DNA of 64,000 bases from Geosiphon pyriformis uo1 (taxonomy: Eukaryota; Fungi; Glomeromycota), in assembly GCA_016748015.1 (NCBI GenBank), contig JAAOMT010000009.1:2278200-2342199 (forward strand). The letters are read 5' to 3'. How positions within the stretch are numbered: position 1 is the stretch's first letter; every line of letters starts with the position of its first letter. Below are positions 25,347 through 39,247 of this stretch, piece after piece. The notes beneath the pieces are model-generated. The model worked only from the letters and a program-made list of their open reading frames with translations. It did not search any database and was not told the DNA's origin. The position numbers and the translations under genes were made by a program.

Positions 25347-28300
25347 ACAGCCATATTTCTTTTTAAATTAGAAACCCAAATCAAAACCTCATTATTTAAT
25401 AAAATCATTCTTAATACTAAATTTATTACAGCCATATATATAGATGCCAAAGTCAATAGCCATCTTATTAAGCTAATCTTTAATAGTAGATTAGCAGACA
25501 ATATAATCACTTAATAATTCATGAACCAATTAGGTCACTGAATTAATTGTGTTGTCAATGCTAAAATTATCACTGCTAATTAAATGACAAAAATGCTTAT
25601 TAATAAGATTGATGACTTCCTGTTTGAAGTCAATAGTATTATAACACTCATTAAGGTTTTTGTTATAAAGACCATACAATACTAAGCTCTTATTAATAAT
25701 AACTGGTTGTCTAAAACCAATGCTATGCTTAACTGGAATATTTAAAAGCTATAACTCAGTCAAGATAATCTGCAAATTTAGGTATCTGTTATTTGCAGTT
25801 ATTTCGAACCAACCATAATATATTCACTAATAGAATTCAAGGAAAAAAAAAAACCTATCTGAAAAGTTTATCAAGTATTATGAGCTGATAAAGATCACAA
25901 CAAACTACCACTAATCTAAACCTAAGAAGAAAAGAAAAAAAACAACAACTCCAAGTTATCATATTCACTTATATTTAATACACTACTATGCTTCAAAAAC
26001 AGAGAAATTATTGTCAATCCAAGCTAATATGTGTTAATTGTGATAAAAAATTGTTAACAATGGGCACATGTTATGATAATAATAAAGAATAACCAATGGC
26101 AACTAAGTACTACTGTTGTTTATATATTTTTGAACATTTTGGATAACTCAAATAACAGAGAAAATAAGACAAAAAATTATGTTTTGCATGTAAAACAATT
26201 TTTTTTAACAAAAAAATATAGAATAATATTTCTGAATAAGAAGGAACCTGTGATAAGTTATGTCAATATACAATTTTAATCAATAACTAGATATAAAGAA
26301 AAACTTTGATTAATACTACTTGGAAAAAATTACTGTGACAGTTAGAAAGTTATTTACACAATAAACATGAAATCTAAAGAATAGCAAGTGTCAAAACTAA
26401 AAGTGTTTTATTCAATAAAATACTAAAAATTAAAAATAACTTACTAACACTTTCTGAATCTGAATTTGTTCTAACTTTGAACTTTGCCAATAATATCATG
26501 GACAATTTCAAACAATTTTATGAGCACTATCAAAACTTAGCACTAACTTGTGAAGAATAAGAGCAAAAACTGAAACAACTAAACATAAAACTATGTAAAC
26601 ATTGCCTAATTTCTAATAATTTCAAATATTATAATAATTGTAACCTCATTTATAATCTACTATTATGTATAATTTATTCAATCCTTAAAGAAAAAAAACC
26701 AATTAACAAATATGCATTAGAATTAGAATTAAAAATTAATTATGAGTTAAACTCTAACAATAATAACAACAACAGTTTTAACTCTGTTTACTATGGCAAT
26801 AACAGTGACAATTCAAACTCCAATTACAACTTTGAACAATATATTATGCTTTTAAATCTTTCTATAAAGCAGGAACTAAAATAGTTTAGCAATAATAATG
26901 AAAATATTATGCCAGAATGTGTACATAATACTAATGCAGAATTTAATTTTAGATATTCAGAAAAAACTGCCATCAGATTGGAACTATATTTGCACACTAA
27001 TATGAATCTGAAAATAGTATTAGAGATTTTGACAACAATAATAGTCCAATTAGTTTCTAGATCTAGTTTAGCAAAAAAAAGGATTAATATCAAAGAAAGA
27101 ATAATTAATACAAGATATATAAAAAATATTATTGCAATACTACAAAACAATTTAGAAAAAAGATATATAATTAAACCAAAAAAAAAATAACACAAACAAT
27201 ATTCCTGTTTCTGATTAAAATAACCCAGTTAGTTTTAGTAGAAACAAAAAAAAAGTTAAGAATTACAACAAGAGGGATAAAGTAATTCGGATTAATAGAT
27301 AGAATAGATATATTGGTTAATATGATGGAAAAAAAAATAGTTAATATAAGAGAAATTATTTCTACTAATCAATTAATTTTTATTCTATTATATAATCAAT
27401 ATATAGTAGTTATAAAAAGAAAGATAAAAAATTAACTCCAAATTTTTGAAGTGGAAACAAATATTTGTTAATTAGAAAAGATTGCTATTACCAATCTCTA
27501 TATACTAGTCAAAAACAACAAACACATTAAAATTTTAATATACAACATAACTGAAGACTTAATTGAAATACCAAACAGAATCATTATGGAATATTTGAGC
27601 ACTAAGATTAACAATTAAACACCAACCACCATTTAAGATTTTTCACAACTTTGTGAATATGTAAATATTATATCACAAATAATATATAGATGAGAAAAAT
27701 ATTATTTGCTCCAGTCAAAACAATTGAAACAAATAAACTTGGGAAACTTAGACCCATTTTAATGTATACAACTCAAAATACTACTTAACAACTTTACTAA
27801 TATCTTTGTTAGTAAAAATGAATTCAACAGAACTGATATTATTTAACACCAAATTAAAACTAAAGATGCAATGCCAATCAAACAAAGAGCATACAAAATA
27901 CTACCAGCCAGTCATAAAATTATCTAATAAGAATCAACAGAATATTAGACAATAAGTTAATTCAACTATCAATAAATTTATGATCATTATTAATAGTACT
28001 TATTTATAAAAAGAATGGAAAGATCCACTTTTGTATGGACTATCAAAAACTCAATAGTATTACTCCTGAAGACAGCTATTTAACTTCACAGATTCAAAAA
28101 TTATTCAATGATTTCAGAAGAAAAAAATGGTTTTTAACATTAGACTTAGATAGTATTTACTAGCAGATAGCCATAAATTTAGCCAACAAAGAGAAGACAG
28201 TATTTACAACTAAAGAAAAGAATTTTGAATTTAATGTTATATTATTTGGCTTAACCAATGCTTCAGTCATCTTTCAATGACTTATAGAAATTGTCTACAC

Positions 28301-31300
28301 TAGACTACTATAAAAATTAGTAGTAATCTACTTAAATAACACCAATGTGTTCTTAAAAACATTCAATGACTATCTCTATTATCTTTAACAAGTATTTGAA
28401 AGACTAAAAAAAGCTGGATTAAAGTTAAATACAACCAAATACTTTTTTAGAAAAATTAAACTCAAGTTTTTGGAACATGTCATAAACAAAAATAACATCA
28501 AAACAAACCCAAACAAAATTAAAATAGTTAAAAACTTTTCAATACCAACTAACTTGACAAAACTAAGAGCATTCTTGGGATTTACAGAATACTATTGCTG
28601 TTTTATCCAAAATTTTTCCAAACTGGTGTAATTATTTTACCAGTTCCAAGCAAAAAATGTAAAATATAAATGGGCTAAAACCCAACAAAAAGCTTTTAAT
28701 ATCTTAAAAAGAAAACTTATTTAAGCTCCAGTACTAATTTATTCAGATTACAACAAATCATTTATTATCATTATTAATGCATTCAGCCAAGCATTAAGAG
28801 CTGTATTATCACAAAAAGAAACAAATACACAAAAACATTTAGTAATATATATCAGCCAAAGTTTAAGTTCAGCCAAAAAAAACTATAAAACTCTATTAGA
28901 ATACTTAATTATCTATTAAACTGTTATCAAATAAAAAAAATACTTAAACCAAAAGTTTGATGTATATACTAATCACAAAAAATTGACATCAATTCAGAAG
29001 TAAAAATTTGGAGACAATTGTTATACAAGATAGAAAATAGAATTATCACTATTTAATTATACTATACATTATAAAAAAGAAAAAAAAAATAAAAATGCCA
29101 ACAGTTTATTATAAATAAAACAAATCTAAGAATATTTCAACCCAAAAATATCACATAAAAATAAACACAAAAAAATATTAATAACTTTAATATTATATTA
29201 ATACTTAACAGTTTAAGAAGAAATTATCTCAAAAAAAACAAAACAACATAAAACAACAAGCAAAATATTTTATTACTTACCAAAATATATTATATTGAAA
29301 AAACAAAAAATACTTAAATTAGCCATTTAAAGTAATTACAGAACCAGAAAAAGAAACAATACTGTTCAATATGTATTCAGATTTAATAACAAGACATTTT
29401 TATAAAGAAGCAATCATAAAAAGAACAAAAAAAAAATATTATTGGCCATCTATGTATTCAAATATTATCTAATATATCTAAAATTGTGATGCTTGTCAAA
29501 GAAGAGAAATTAAATTCAGTAAACTACTAAGACTAATTAAAATGAAACAACTATTTGATTGAATTAAAATTGACTTAGTTGGATCATTAACAATAATTAT
29601 CAAAAGCAATTATTACATAGTAGTAGTCATAGACTATCTCATAAAATAGCCAGAAATGAAAGCAATTTAAAGAGCAAATACAGAATTTATAGCCAAATTC
29701 ATACACCAAGATTTAATTTGTCAACATAGATGTTCAAAAAAATTATTATTAGATCAAGAAACTCACTTTGTAAACAGAATATTAATAGAATTAAATCAAA
29801 AATTTGGAATTAAAAAACTATTATCATCATCATATTATTTACAAATAAATAACTTTATTAAAAAGTTTAATAGAATATTGTGTAAAATAATCGCCAAGAT
29901 CAGCCAAAAAAACCAAAATAAATGGGATTTGTTTATATTATCAGTATTATTTGCTTATTAAACAATGAAACAAAATACTATACAAGCAACATTATTTGAA
30001 TTTGTTTATAGTAGAACAGTAATATTACTAGTAGAAATAAATATTAACACATATCTAACAAAACCAATAACAGAAGTCAACTTCCAAAGAATATTGCTAA
30101 AAAAAACATATAACTTAATGAAAACTTTAAAAAACAAAAGACAAAAACAGTTGATAACATACAAAAATCACAAGCAAAACAAAAAAAGCAACATAATAAT
30201 TAATTACCAAATAAACCAGTCGAATTTAGAATTGGAAACAAAATATTTTTGCATTATACCAAAGCAAAAAAACAATGGAGTGGAAAATTCAATTCCAAAT
30301 GAGATAGATTATTTTACATTAAAAAAATTCTAGGAAATAGAGCTTATAAACTAAGATAGAACAACAAAATCTTAATTAAAACAGCACATAGAGATTGATT
30401 AAACCATATCACAATATAGTATTATTATTTACCAGTAATATTTTACAACTGGGAGTACAATGAATACTAGTCTAATCAGATAAAATTCTATAAGATCTAG
30501 AATTATCATAATTATCAACACAAATACATTAAATTAATAGAAAAGAAAAGTATATAAAAACCAAAAACACATAACAAAAACAAACAAAAAAATTAAAATT
30601 ACTGACAATATCTACTTATTTGTATAACAACTGTTTCAACTAATCCAATACTAATAATTAAACATAGAAATTACAATTAATCAACAAATTATTCAGTACA
30701 AAAATAGAGAAAAAAAGCCAAAACACCAATACAAAAGACATAACAAATTAAAAAACATAGTAGATAATATATTAGCAAAAGTAAGATTAGCAGTAGAAAT
30801 ACCAAGAACAATAATATTATATAAGAAATTAATAGAAGAAATTAATAAAAGAAAACTAGAAATAATAGACACAACAATTTTCAAGAAACTTTTGCTATTA
30901 TTACTTGGAACAAAATCTTAATATTTAAAATTTGTATACTAACAATACAAAATAATTGTTTGATATAACAATATTGTATTAACTTGAACAATTTGTAAAA
31001 AAAAACAACCTATTCACACAAACACAAATTATATACCAGTTATAAACAAGATTTTAAAACTGATCAGAAATACTATTGTATCTAATAATAAATACAATAA
31101 TCATTAATCAATTAAGAAAGATTACCAATATCTAATTCAAAGAATTACAGATCAAAATTTTCCAAGTAATTCTTGAAAAAAAAGTTAAAGAGTTAATCCA
31201 AGAAGAGAAGTTAAAAAATTAGGAAATTTTGATAGAGCTTAATATTAAAAAAAGAGAATAATATTATTTATAAAAATTTAAGAATTATTAATAAGAAGAT

Positions 31301-32080
31301 AAAGTAGCCAATTAAAAATAGGTATAGTAAAAGAAAAATTTTAGGATTTCTTTTGAGAAATTACAAGATTTTAGGAATTTCAGAATTTTTGATTAGAAGA
31401 ATTAAAAAAATTTAAGGAATTTTATATAATATTAATTATGTGTATATAATGAGAATATTAAAAGCAGAAAAAACAGAATTCAATTCAGAATTAATATAAA
31501 CAATAAATTAATTATTTAATATCCTTTTTTTCAAAAAGTAGTTTTTTATAACTTAAAGTGAAATCAAATTATATATCAATAAAATATTTATTATTCCCTA
31601 AATTTATAGTATTATTGCTTGATTAAAAAGTATTAATTACTTCTATTCTATCAATACTCTATGTTAATAGAATCTAATACTTAATTATACTAGATCAATA
31701 GCTCTTGATTATAACTATTAACAGAATACTAATTCCTTATTTTTTTTATTTTATTTGTTGTTTACTAATTAATTAAAAAATTAACATATGGAGTTATTAA
31801 TATTAAGAAGTACTGATAAAAAACCCAAAAACAAGAATAAAAACTCAGAATTTGAGAATAGCTTACAAGAAATTAGCCATCAAGCTAAAAAAGAAATTCA
31901 CAGAATAAGCTTCTAGAAAAGTATTGAAACAATCATTAAATATCTGTTTATTATACAAAAAACTTAACTAAAATCTTCAAATCACAAAAATCTTTAGATT
32001 TTACCAATATTATTAAGCTATTGAGTACCAAGTTATGAATTTGTTATTTGTACCAACACTCCAAATAATCACCTGTAACA
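25347..32080 (+). mobile_element. Ty3/Gypsy element F, 3' part (heavily decayed), host of D
   Basis: Protease, Cys-rich region, dUTPase (~26880-27300), RT, RNase H stop at 29127-29129, IN 29161-~30535, ORF3 ~30592-31248, PPT, LTR; collinear with C. Confidence 0.88.
31262..32080 (+). repeat. 3' LTR of F
   Basis: Follows the PPT; TATATATAA near 31443; ends CCTGTAACA like LTR C; no PBS after it. Confidence 0.85.
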
Positions 32081-33277
32081 ATGTCTATTTTTTTTTGAAA
32101 AAAAGATTTTTTTTGTTTTACAATTAATAATTGAATTTCAGATGATTTATTCTTAAAAAACTTTTGTACTTCTTTTATTTTTTCTTTTAGTATTAAATTG
32201 ATTGGTTCCCAATATTTTTAATAGATTAAACAAAACTTGTATTTGTTATTAAAAAAATACAATAGTTTATTACACTATTATTGAGCATAAAAATTATGCT
32301 ACTAATAATTATATTTGGATTTCTTGCCAGGTTTTTGGTCAAAGATTTTTCTGAATATGTTATAATAAGACCAACAAATTATTTTGTCATTTACAATAAT
32401 TTTTTTTTGTTTGTTTTGACATTATTTAATAATTTGTTATTGCTGATAAAGATAGTATAAGCAAGTTCAGTAGTTTTTTTTTGTTCATTTTCATCAGTTT
32501 TTTTATTATTTGATTTATTTAATTGTTCTTTTTTTTGGCTTTGCTTAAATATTAAACAAGTTGTTCAATAGTGACACTTAACTACAATAAAGTTTTCACT
32601 ATATTTGATGATTAATTCATATAGCTTATAGTCAAATAAGACTTTGGTCTTTTTAAGCTATTTATTGCCAATAATTATAGTGTATTTTTTAACTTCAAAT
32701 ATTTTTATATCAGTTTAAATGTTAATACTATTAATGCAAACAGAAACAGCTTTGGCAATATTTAGACTTTTTTTCTTATTTTTATGTATATTGATTATTG
32801 ATTAAGTAGAAAGTTCATTAATTTTTTTGCCAATTGCTTCAAGAAAGTGTTTGGCAATAATGCTAACAGATAATCTACTGTTTAGAATTAAATTAATAAA
32901 ATAACCAGCCACTTGGGCTTTACAAATTAGAAGAGTAATATTGCTATTTTTAGCAAATTTAGCTTAATAAAAGCATTTGTTGGTTTTTGGTGTCTTTTTC
33001 TTTAAGATTAATAATTTGTAAAGATTTTTTCTAAATTGTAAATGAGTTATTAACTGGTTAAAAGTAATATGAACTGGGATTTTTATAAGATTTTTAACAA
33101 CAAAATAAGATTTAAATTTTTGTACAATTTCTGAAGGTTCCAATTTTGGAGAATTCTTAAAAACTTTAGCCTTTAATGGCTTATTATTATTAGCAGTTGA
33201 TGTGAAAGCTTTATTAAGTTCTAGAACGAAATCAATCTTGGCTTTTTTTTTTCTTGTAAATTCAGAAAAATTAATGG
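32081..33277 (-). pseudogene. Fragment of an unrelated Ty3/Gypsy element G (gag-protease region)
   Basis: VVKNLIKIPVHITFNQLI...LICKAQVAGYFINLILNSRLSVSII...IIIGNK (aspartic protease with decayed DSG); cut on both sides by F and A2. Confidence 0.75.
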
Positions 33278-34247
33278 TATTACCAGAGGTTTTTGGTCTC
33301 TTTTCTTGAATGTTGTAAATGTCTGTTGGTTGCAAATTCATGTTTTCTAGAAGTAGTTAAACCTTCAATAACTGAATTTATCTTCAAATTATCTTCTATA
33401 ATTTGAACTTACCAGGCTTATAAGTGGAATGGACAATTCCTTGCCAGTTACTTTATGTAGTTACATTGTAGTAAATGTTAACTCTTTCCCAGGAATTGCT
33501 CATCTGGAAGCTTACTAAAAATGTGTAGTTACTTTGCTGTGAAAGTCAACTCTTCTACAGGAATTTTGTCTGTAGGCTACCCTAATGATTATAATAAGAA
33601 AATAAAAGAAAAGTGAAAGAAATGTAAAAGAAATTGAATTCTGTCAAGAGAAACGTTTTCTATTCAGGCCTAAAGTCACTAACAGTTTACTGAAATTGGT
33701 AGCTAATCAATTCAAAACGTTAGTTGGGTTTTGGGGGTTTTTCAAGTACAATAATTAAAGAATTTGGTTTTTCAAATTATTTGATATTTATTTCTTTTTG
33801 TGTGTATAGGAATGGTTCTAAGTGATAAATCTAAAGTAAGATACATTTTCTTAAAGAGAAAAGCTTTTTTTTTATACAACTTGTTGTAGTACTAGTCTAT
33901 GAACTTGCACTTTTTCTTTTTGCTCATATTTCGGCAAACTAAAGATACATTTTGATGGACTACAAGTTATTTTGCTGAACTATTGATTAATTTGGGTGAA
34001 CTATTCATAATTTCGGCAAATTTCTATAAATTTCGGCGAATTTCTGAATATTACAAAGTTCAGAGTATTGTGTAATTTGATCATCCTACTTTTTGTTATA
34101 CTAATTGGATTATTTAATTGAATCGTGATATGTAATAATTGATTAAATAATAAATCATAATTTGAAATAATATTAATATACTAATTAATTATAGGGATTA
34201 TAAAGGTAATTTTATGCTAATTAATAGCTAAAATTCTATTGGTAACA
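33278..34247 (-). repeat. 3' LTR of A2
   Basis: Homologous to the A1 LTRs and closer still to 58078-59046. Confidence 0.92.
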
Positions 34248-34934
34248 TAATCTTCTCTTCAAGACTAAGCTCTGTCAAAGTCCAAACACTATCTGTAATA
34301 TTGAGATAGTGATTCAAAATAATTGAAGTAATCTGGTCTGAAAATTGTTGAAATTTTAGTTCTGTGAGTTTGCCAATGTATTGGACTTTCATTGGTTGCA
34401 GTATTAAATTTTGTAGAACATTTTCACAAGTATTAAACAAATCATAAAGTCTAAAAGCTGTTCTAAGTTTGTAGTGAGTGTTTGTTGGTCCAGCTGCTGT
34501 TTTGAATTCATTATAAATTTGTTTTTGTATAGCTTTAGGAGTGAGATTTGTTGTTTCAAGTTTCAGTTTTTGTTTATAAAGTGTCTTTCCAATGTGAAAG
34601 TATTTATAGATAGGAGTGTGTTCATTGTTCTGTTTATTAAGAAGTAGTAGAAGTTTTTGTTGTATTGTAGTATTTAGTGGAATGTCAATAGGGGCAATTA
34701 AAAAATTTTCTTCCAGTGCTTGCTTCAAAAGTCTTGGTAACCTATTTTCAGAATGACTTCTTGTTTTTTTCTATAGAGGTAATAGTTCTGTAAATGATTT
34801 ACTACTGGGGCTGTGGTTTCTTTCTGAATGTAATTAATTTGACTTCCATTAATTGTTATGGATAAGTCAGAAAGTGTTTTCAAGACTAACATTAACTTTT
34901 GAGATATTTGTTGAATATTTCGAGAAATAATCAT
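34228..34934 (-). pseudogene. ORF3 of A2 (~235 aa, one frameshift)
   Basis: ORF-track pieces 34725-34934 and 34228-34728 match A1 ORF3. Confidence 0.85.
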
Positions 34935-35080
34935 GATAAAATTGACTAATTATAAAAAGAGAGAATAAAAAAAATTATTTTTGGATATGGAGTTTTTATT
35001 TGTTTTTGGGTTTGGGTGTTTTTTGTAATTATTTACTATTTTTTTTTCTTTGTGTTTTTATTAAAGAATTATTGTAAAAT

Positions 35081-36466
35081 TTAAGTATTCAAGTTTGGTT
35101 GTTGTTTTATTATAATTATTGGTTCTAAATTTCAAGGAATATCTTCAGAATTAATTAAAGGGGAATGTGTACCAATTTGTGGAATTAATGGTTCAAGATT
35201 GTTTCTGGAATGATAGTGTTTCAATCTGTTTCCATGTGCAATTTTTGCTAGTATTTTGTTATCAAGTCTTAATTTGTATGATCCATTGCCTAGAATTTTA
35301 TGAATATAAAATAGTTCATCTCATTTGTTTTCAAATTTCCCACTTCATTGTTTTTTAGTCTTAGTTCTGTGTAAAAGAACTTTATTTTCAACATTAAATT
35401 CATTGGTAATAAGTGGTAATTTGTTGTCATGTTTTTCTTTTTGTTGAGCTTGGAAATGTTTAATATGAGTTGCTGCTATTCTTTTTTTTCCTTCCAGTGT
35501 ACTAAGAAGAGTGTAGGCCCTTTTTTGGAGTGTTTTTTGAAAGTTTTCTTCATTAATTGGTTGCACAGGATATGTTTCTACTGTGAAATTAATTGGTAAT
35601 GTTGCTGTTCTTCCATAAGTAAGGTCAAATAGTGTGTGTTTTGTAGTATTTTGTTTTAGTGTTCTGTATGCTAGTAACACTGATGGAATAAAAATATCCC
35701 ATTTTTGCTCAAAATCTGTTGAGACTTTGGCCAACAATTCACACAATGTTCTGTTGAACTATTCTACAAGTCCATTTGTTTGAGAGTGATAAGACAATGA
35801 TAGAGGTCTTTTAATATTGAATCATTCACAAATTTTTTGTATCAAGTTGTTCACAAAATGTGTTTTTTGATCAGATAAAAGTTCAATTAGACATCCATGT
35901 TTACAAATAATGTCTTCATAGATGAAATTTGCTACTGATTTTGCATTTGCTCTTTAGATGGCTCTAGTTTCAGGCCATTTGGTAAGATAATCTACTGCTA
36001 TTACAATATAGCAATTTCCTTGGGTTGTGATAGGTAATGGTCCAACTAAATCAATTCCAACTCTGTCAAACAGTTGTCCAACTTTGATTGAATTTAAAGG
36101 TTCTGTGGGGCAAGTTCTATCTCTTCTTTAACAACTATTACAAGATTCTACATATTGTTGAATGTTTTTTTGCATGTGAGACCAAAAATAATGTTCAAAA
36201 GTTCTTTGAATTGTTCCATCTCTTCCCAAGTGTGCTAAAGATGGATCTGTGTGCATGTTATATAAAATTGTTTCTTTTTCATTTTTCTGTACTAATCTGA
36301 GTAGTTGGTTTGGGTTTTTATGATTTTTGTAATAAATTTTGTTGTGGTATATAAAATATTGTTTGGATTGGTGTTGTAATCGATGTTTTTCACTTGGGAA
36401 CCAATTTTCTGGCATGGTGAGAGTTTCCAAATAGTTTTTGATGTTGTTGTAGTTTTCTGGATCTAT
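35081..36466 (-). pseudogene. Stand-alone integrase ORF of A2
   Basis: MHTDPSLAHLG...CNSC (H2C2 finger), GIDLVGPL, LLSDQ; start ATG decayed to ATA. Confidence 0.9.
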
Positions 36467-36522
36467 TGTTGTTGATTTTGTTGTTTGTTCTACTGTTAAG
36501 TTTATTGGTGTTAATGTTGGTA

Positions 36523-38371
36523 TTAATATTGTTTCATTCTTGAGAGGCTGTCAACATTAGTGTGTATTTTTCCTGGTTTGTGGTGTACAATATATTTGTA
36601 GTCTGCTAAGAAGTCATTCCATTGAGACTGTTTGACACTTTGTTCAGTTTTCTTTTTATTGAGCCATTTGAAACTGATATTGTCAGTTATGATGTCAAAT
36701 TCTTTTCCATTCTTCAGATATTGTTGAAAATGTTTAAGAGCCCAGATGATTGTGGCAGCTTTTAATTCAGTTGAGCCATATTTTAGTTTTGTTGATTTGA
36801 GTGTTTTATTAGCATAGGTGATGACTTGTTCTTGTCTATTTTCATCCAATTGTAATAAGATGACACTAAATGCTATATGTGAAGCATTAGTGGTTAATTG
36901 GAACTGTTTGTTGAAGTCTGAGTAAGCAAGAACTGGGACTGTTGTCAATTTTGTTTTGAGAGTTTCAAAAGCTTTTTGTTGTTCTTCAGTCCATTTGTAT
37001 GGCACGTTTTTGTTGGTAAAATAATTGAGTGGTTTGACAATTTCTGAGAATTTTTTTATAAATTTTTAATAGTAAGAGGCTAATTCTACAAATCCTCTTA
37101 GTTCTGTGGTATTTTTGGGAGTTTGAAAGTTTTTGACAGCATTGATTGTTACTGGATTTGGTTTGACTCCATCTTTATTAACTATGTGTCCAAAAAAAAT
37201 TAAGCTTGTTTTTCCAAAGTGACATTTTTCAATGTTTAACTTTAATCCTGCTTTCCATAATCATTGAAAAACTTCTCACAAGTGAATGAGGTGAACTTCA
37301 AAGCTTGGTGAGTATACATCAGTGTTATCAAGATAGACAATTATTGATTGTCATAAAAGCCCTTCATATACAACATCTATGAGTTGCTGAAATGTTGCTG
37401 GTGCATTGCAGAGTCCAAAAAACATAATATTGAACTTATAGTTTCCTTCTTGAGTGGTAAATGCTGTTTTGGATGGGTCTTTTGGGTCCATTTCGACTTG
37501 TCAGTATCCACTTTCCAAGTCCAAAGTTGAGAAGAACTTGGCTTTTTCTAAAGCATCTAACATGTCATTAATTCTTGGAAGAGAGTAGATATCTTCAATT
37601 GTCATACTGTTTAATTGGCAATAGTTAACACAAAATCTGATTTTTCCATTTTTCTTTTTGACAAGGACTACTGGTGAGGCCCAAAAACTTCTTAATGGTT
37701 GAATTAATCCGTTATTGAGCATTCTCTGGACTTCTTCTCTAATGAATTGGTGGCTGGCAGGTAACACTTTGTAAGCTTGCTGATGTTTTGGTGGAGCATC
37801 TTCTGTATGGATCTGATGTTAAATCATATCCGTTTTTCCCAGATCATTGTTGTCTTTTGCAAATATATCTGCAAATTCAGCTATCAATTGTTTCAATTGT
37901 CTTTGTTGTTGAAGTTCTAAAGAACTCATGTTGATTTAAGAGAGTTTTTTTTCCAAAAAGTGGTAGTTTTCAGTAATGGAAATGATATTTGGATTTGGGA
38001 ATAGAGTGTGCCTTACAATTTCGATGAAATTAGAGACAATTTGAGGGTTTTTATCTTGAAAAATATTGCTGTGTATGATTCCAATCTCTAATTTGTTTAA
38101 TAAAACAATAGGGTAATTATTGGAATTGTAGAATATAACTTGAAATTTTTTCATTCCTTTGGGAATATAAACATTTGAAATTGAGATTTTATGCTTCAAA
38201 CAGATTTGTTTATTGGATTCAAAGATTTGTTAGATAGTAGTGAGTTTTGAGCAAGTGTAAATTTCGTGATGTTCTCCAAAAGATGAAATGGTAATTGGTT
38301 GGGGAAGTTGAAAAATCTGGTAAGATTTATTTTGTATTTTAAGGGCTATGTTTACTGGAACTGTAAATCAT
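36523..38371 (-). pseudogene. RT-RNase H of A2
   Basis: WASPVVLVKKKNGKIRFCVNY, TLDLESGY, YLDNTD, TTNASH, ITDN, HKPGKIHTNVDSLSRMKQY*. Confidence 0.92.
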
Positions 38372-39234
38372 TGTTACAGATAACTATTTCTGGTGTTGGA
38401 TTAAATAACAAATCTGTAACTTGGTGCTTAAATCTAGTTGCAGTTAATAGTGATCTGAAGGTTTGTGTTTGAAAGGTTTGTATCCAAAGAGTTTGGTTGA
38501 GTTCTTTGTATAATGGACAAAGATTCAATGGTAATAGTTTTATCCATAGCTTTCCGAAACCGCAGTTTCGTCAATTTTTTTCTCAGCTTGATAGCCGGTA
38601 TTTCTCCTGGTAAGCTATCCTCAATTGAGTGTTCTACCCTTATTTCTGGGTCTTTTACCAGTCATGTTTATTCTGACATTAGTACTCTGCACGTTAATTC
38701 TCAATAGAGTTAGTAAACAACAATAAAATTAAGGCAAGAAATAAAGAAAAGAAAAGAAAATAAAGAAAGAAAAGAAATAAGCCAAGGCAATTTGCAAGTT
38801 AGTATTCCATCAATAGCCATGATTAAGAGCTATTGTTCCAGTGTGGTTAAGTATCAATTACTATCAACATGAAGTGTTGATAGTGGCAGTGGGTTTGAAA
38901 TAACAAACAGTTATTTATTTGTGGTTTGGAAAGTTGTCTAGATAAAATCTAAATTGAGAGGTCTGTCTTTTTAGCTTCTAATCCTACTGCTATATATACA
39001 TAATTGAGATTCCTCAATTCCTCAATTCTTTACAACAGAAATCCTGAGATTCCTGCAATTCCTTTGAGAGGAATTCTGGAATTCTGGAATCCTGCGATTT
39101 CTTGTGAAAATTCTGTAATTTCTGGAATTCTGCAATTCTTGAGAGGAATCCTGGAATTCCACATTTTACTACGTCTACTTTTGATTGGTTAATAACTATG
39201 CTAATATATATTCCCTATATTTCTATGAGTAACA
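38372..39234 (-). repeat. 3' LTR of B
   Basis: TGTTAC...GTAACA termini; pairs with 47675-48546; GGAATTC/TTCCTG array at 39005-39165. Confidence 0.95.
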
Positions 39235-39247
39235 TTATTCCTTCCTT

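Larger units (their letters stand above)
33278..38371 (-). mobile_element. Ty3/Gypsy element A2, 3' half
   Basis: 3' LTR, PPT 34248-34263, ORF3, IN and RT-RH; cut by LTR B right after the dUTPase GSTG motif. Confidence 0.92.

Noticed and set aside
32081-33341. Host gene between elements F and A2
   Set aside because: It encodes a decayed retroviral-type aspartic protease region, and the ORF-track start lies inside the A2 LTR.
38607-38661. Hammerhead or twister ribozyme in the LTR three-way junction
   Set aside because: The conserved catalytic core nucleotides are absent on both strands; kept only as an unexplained structure.
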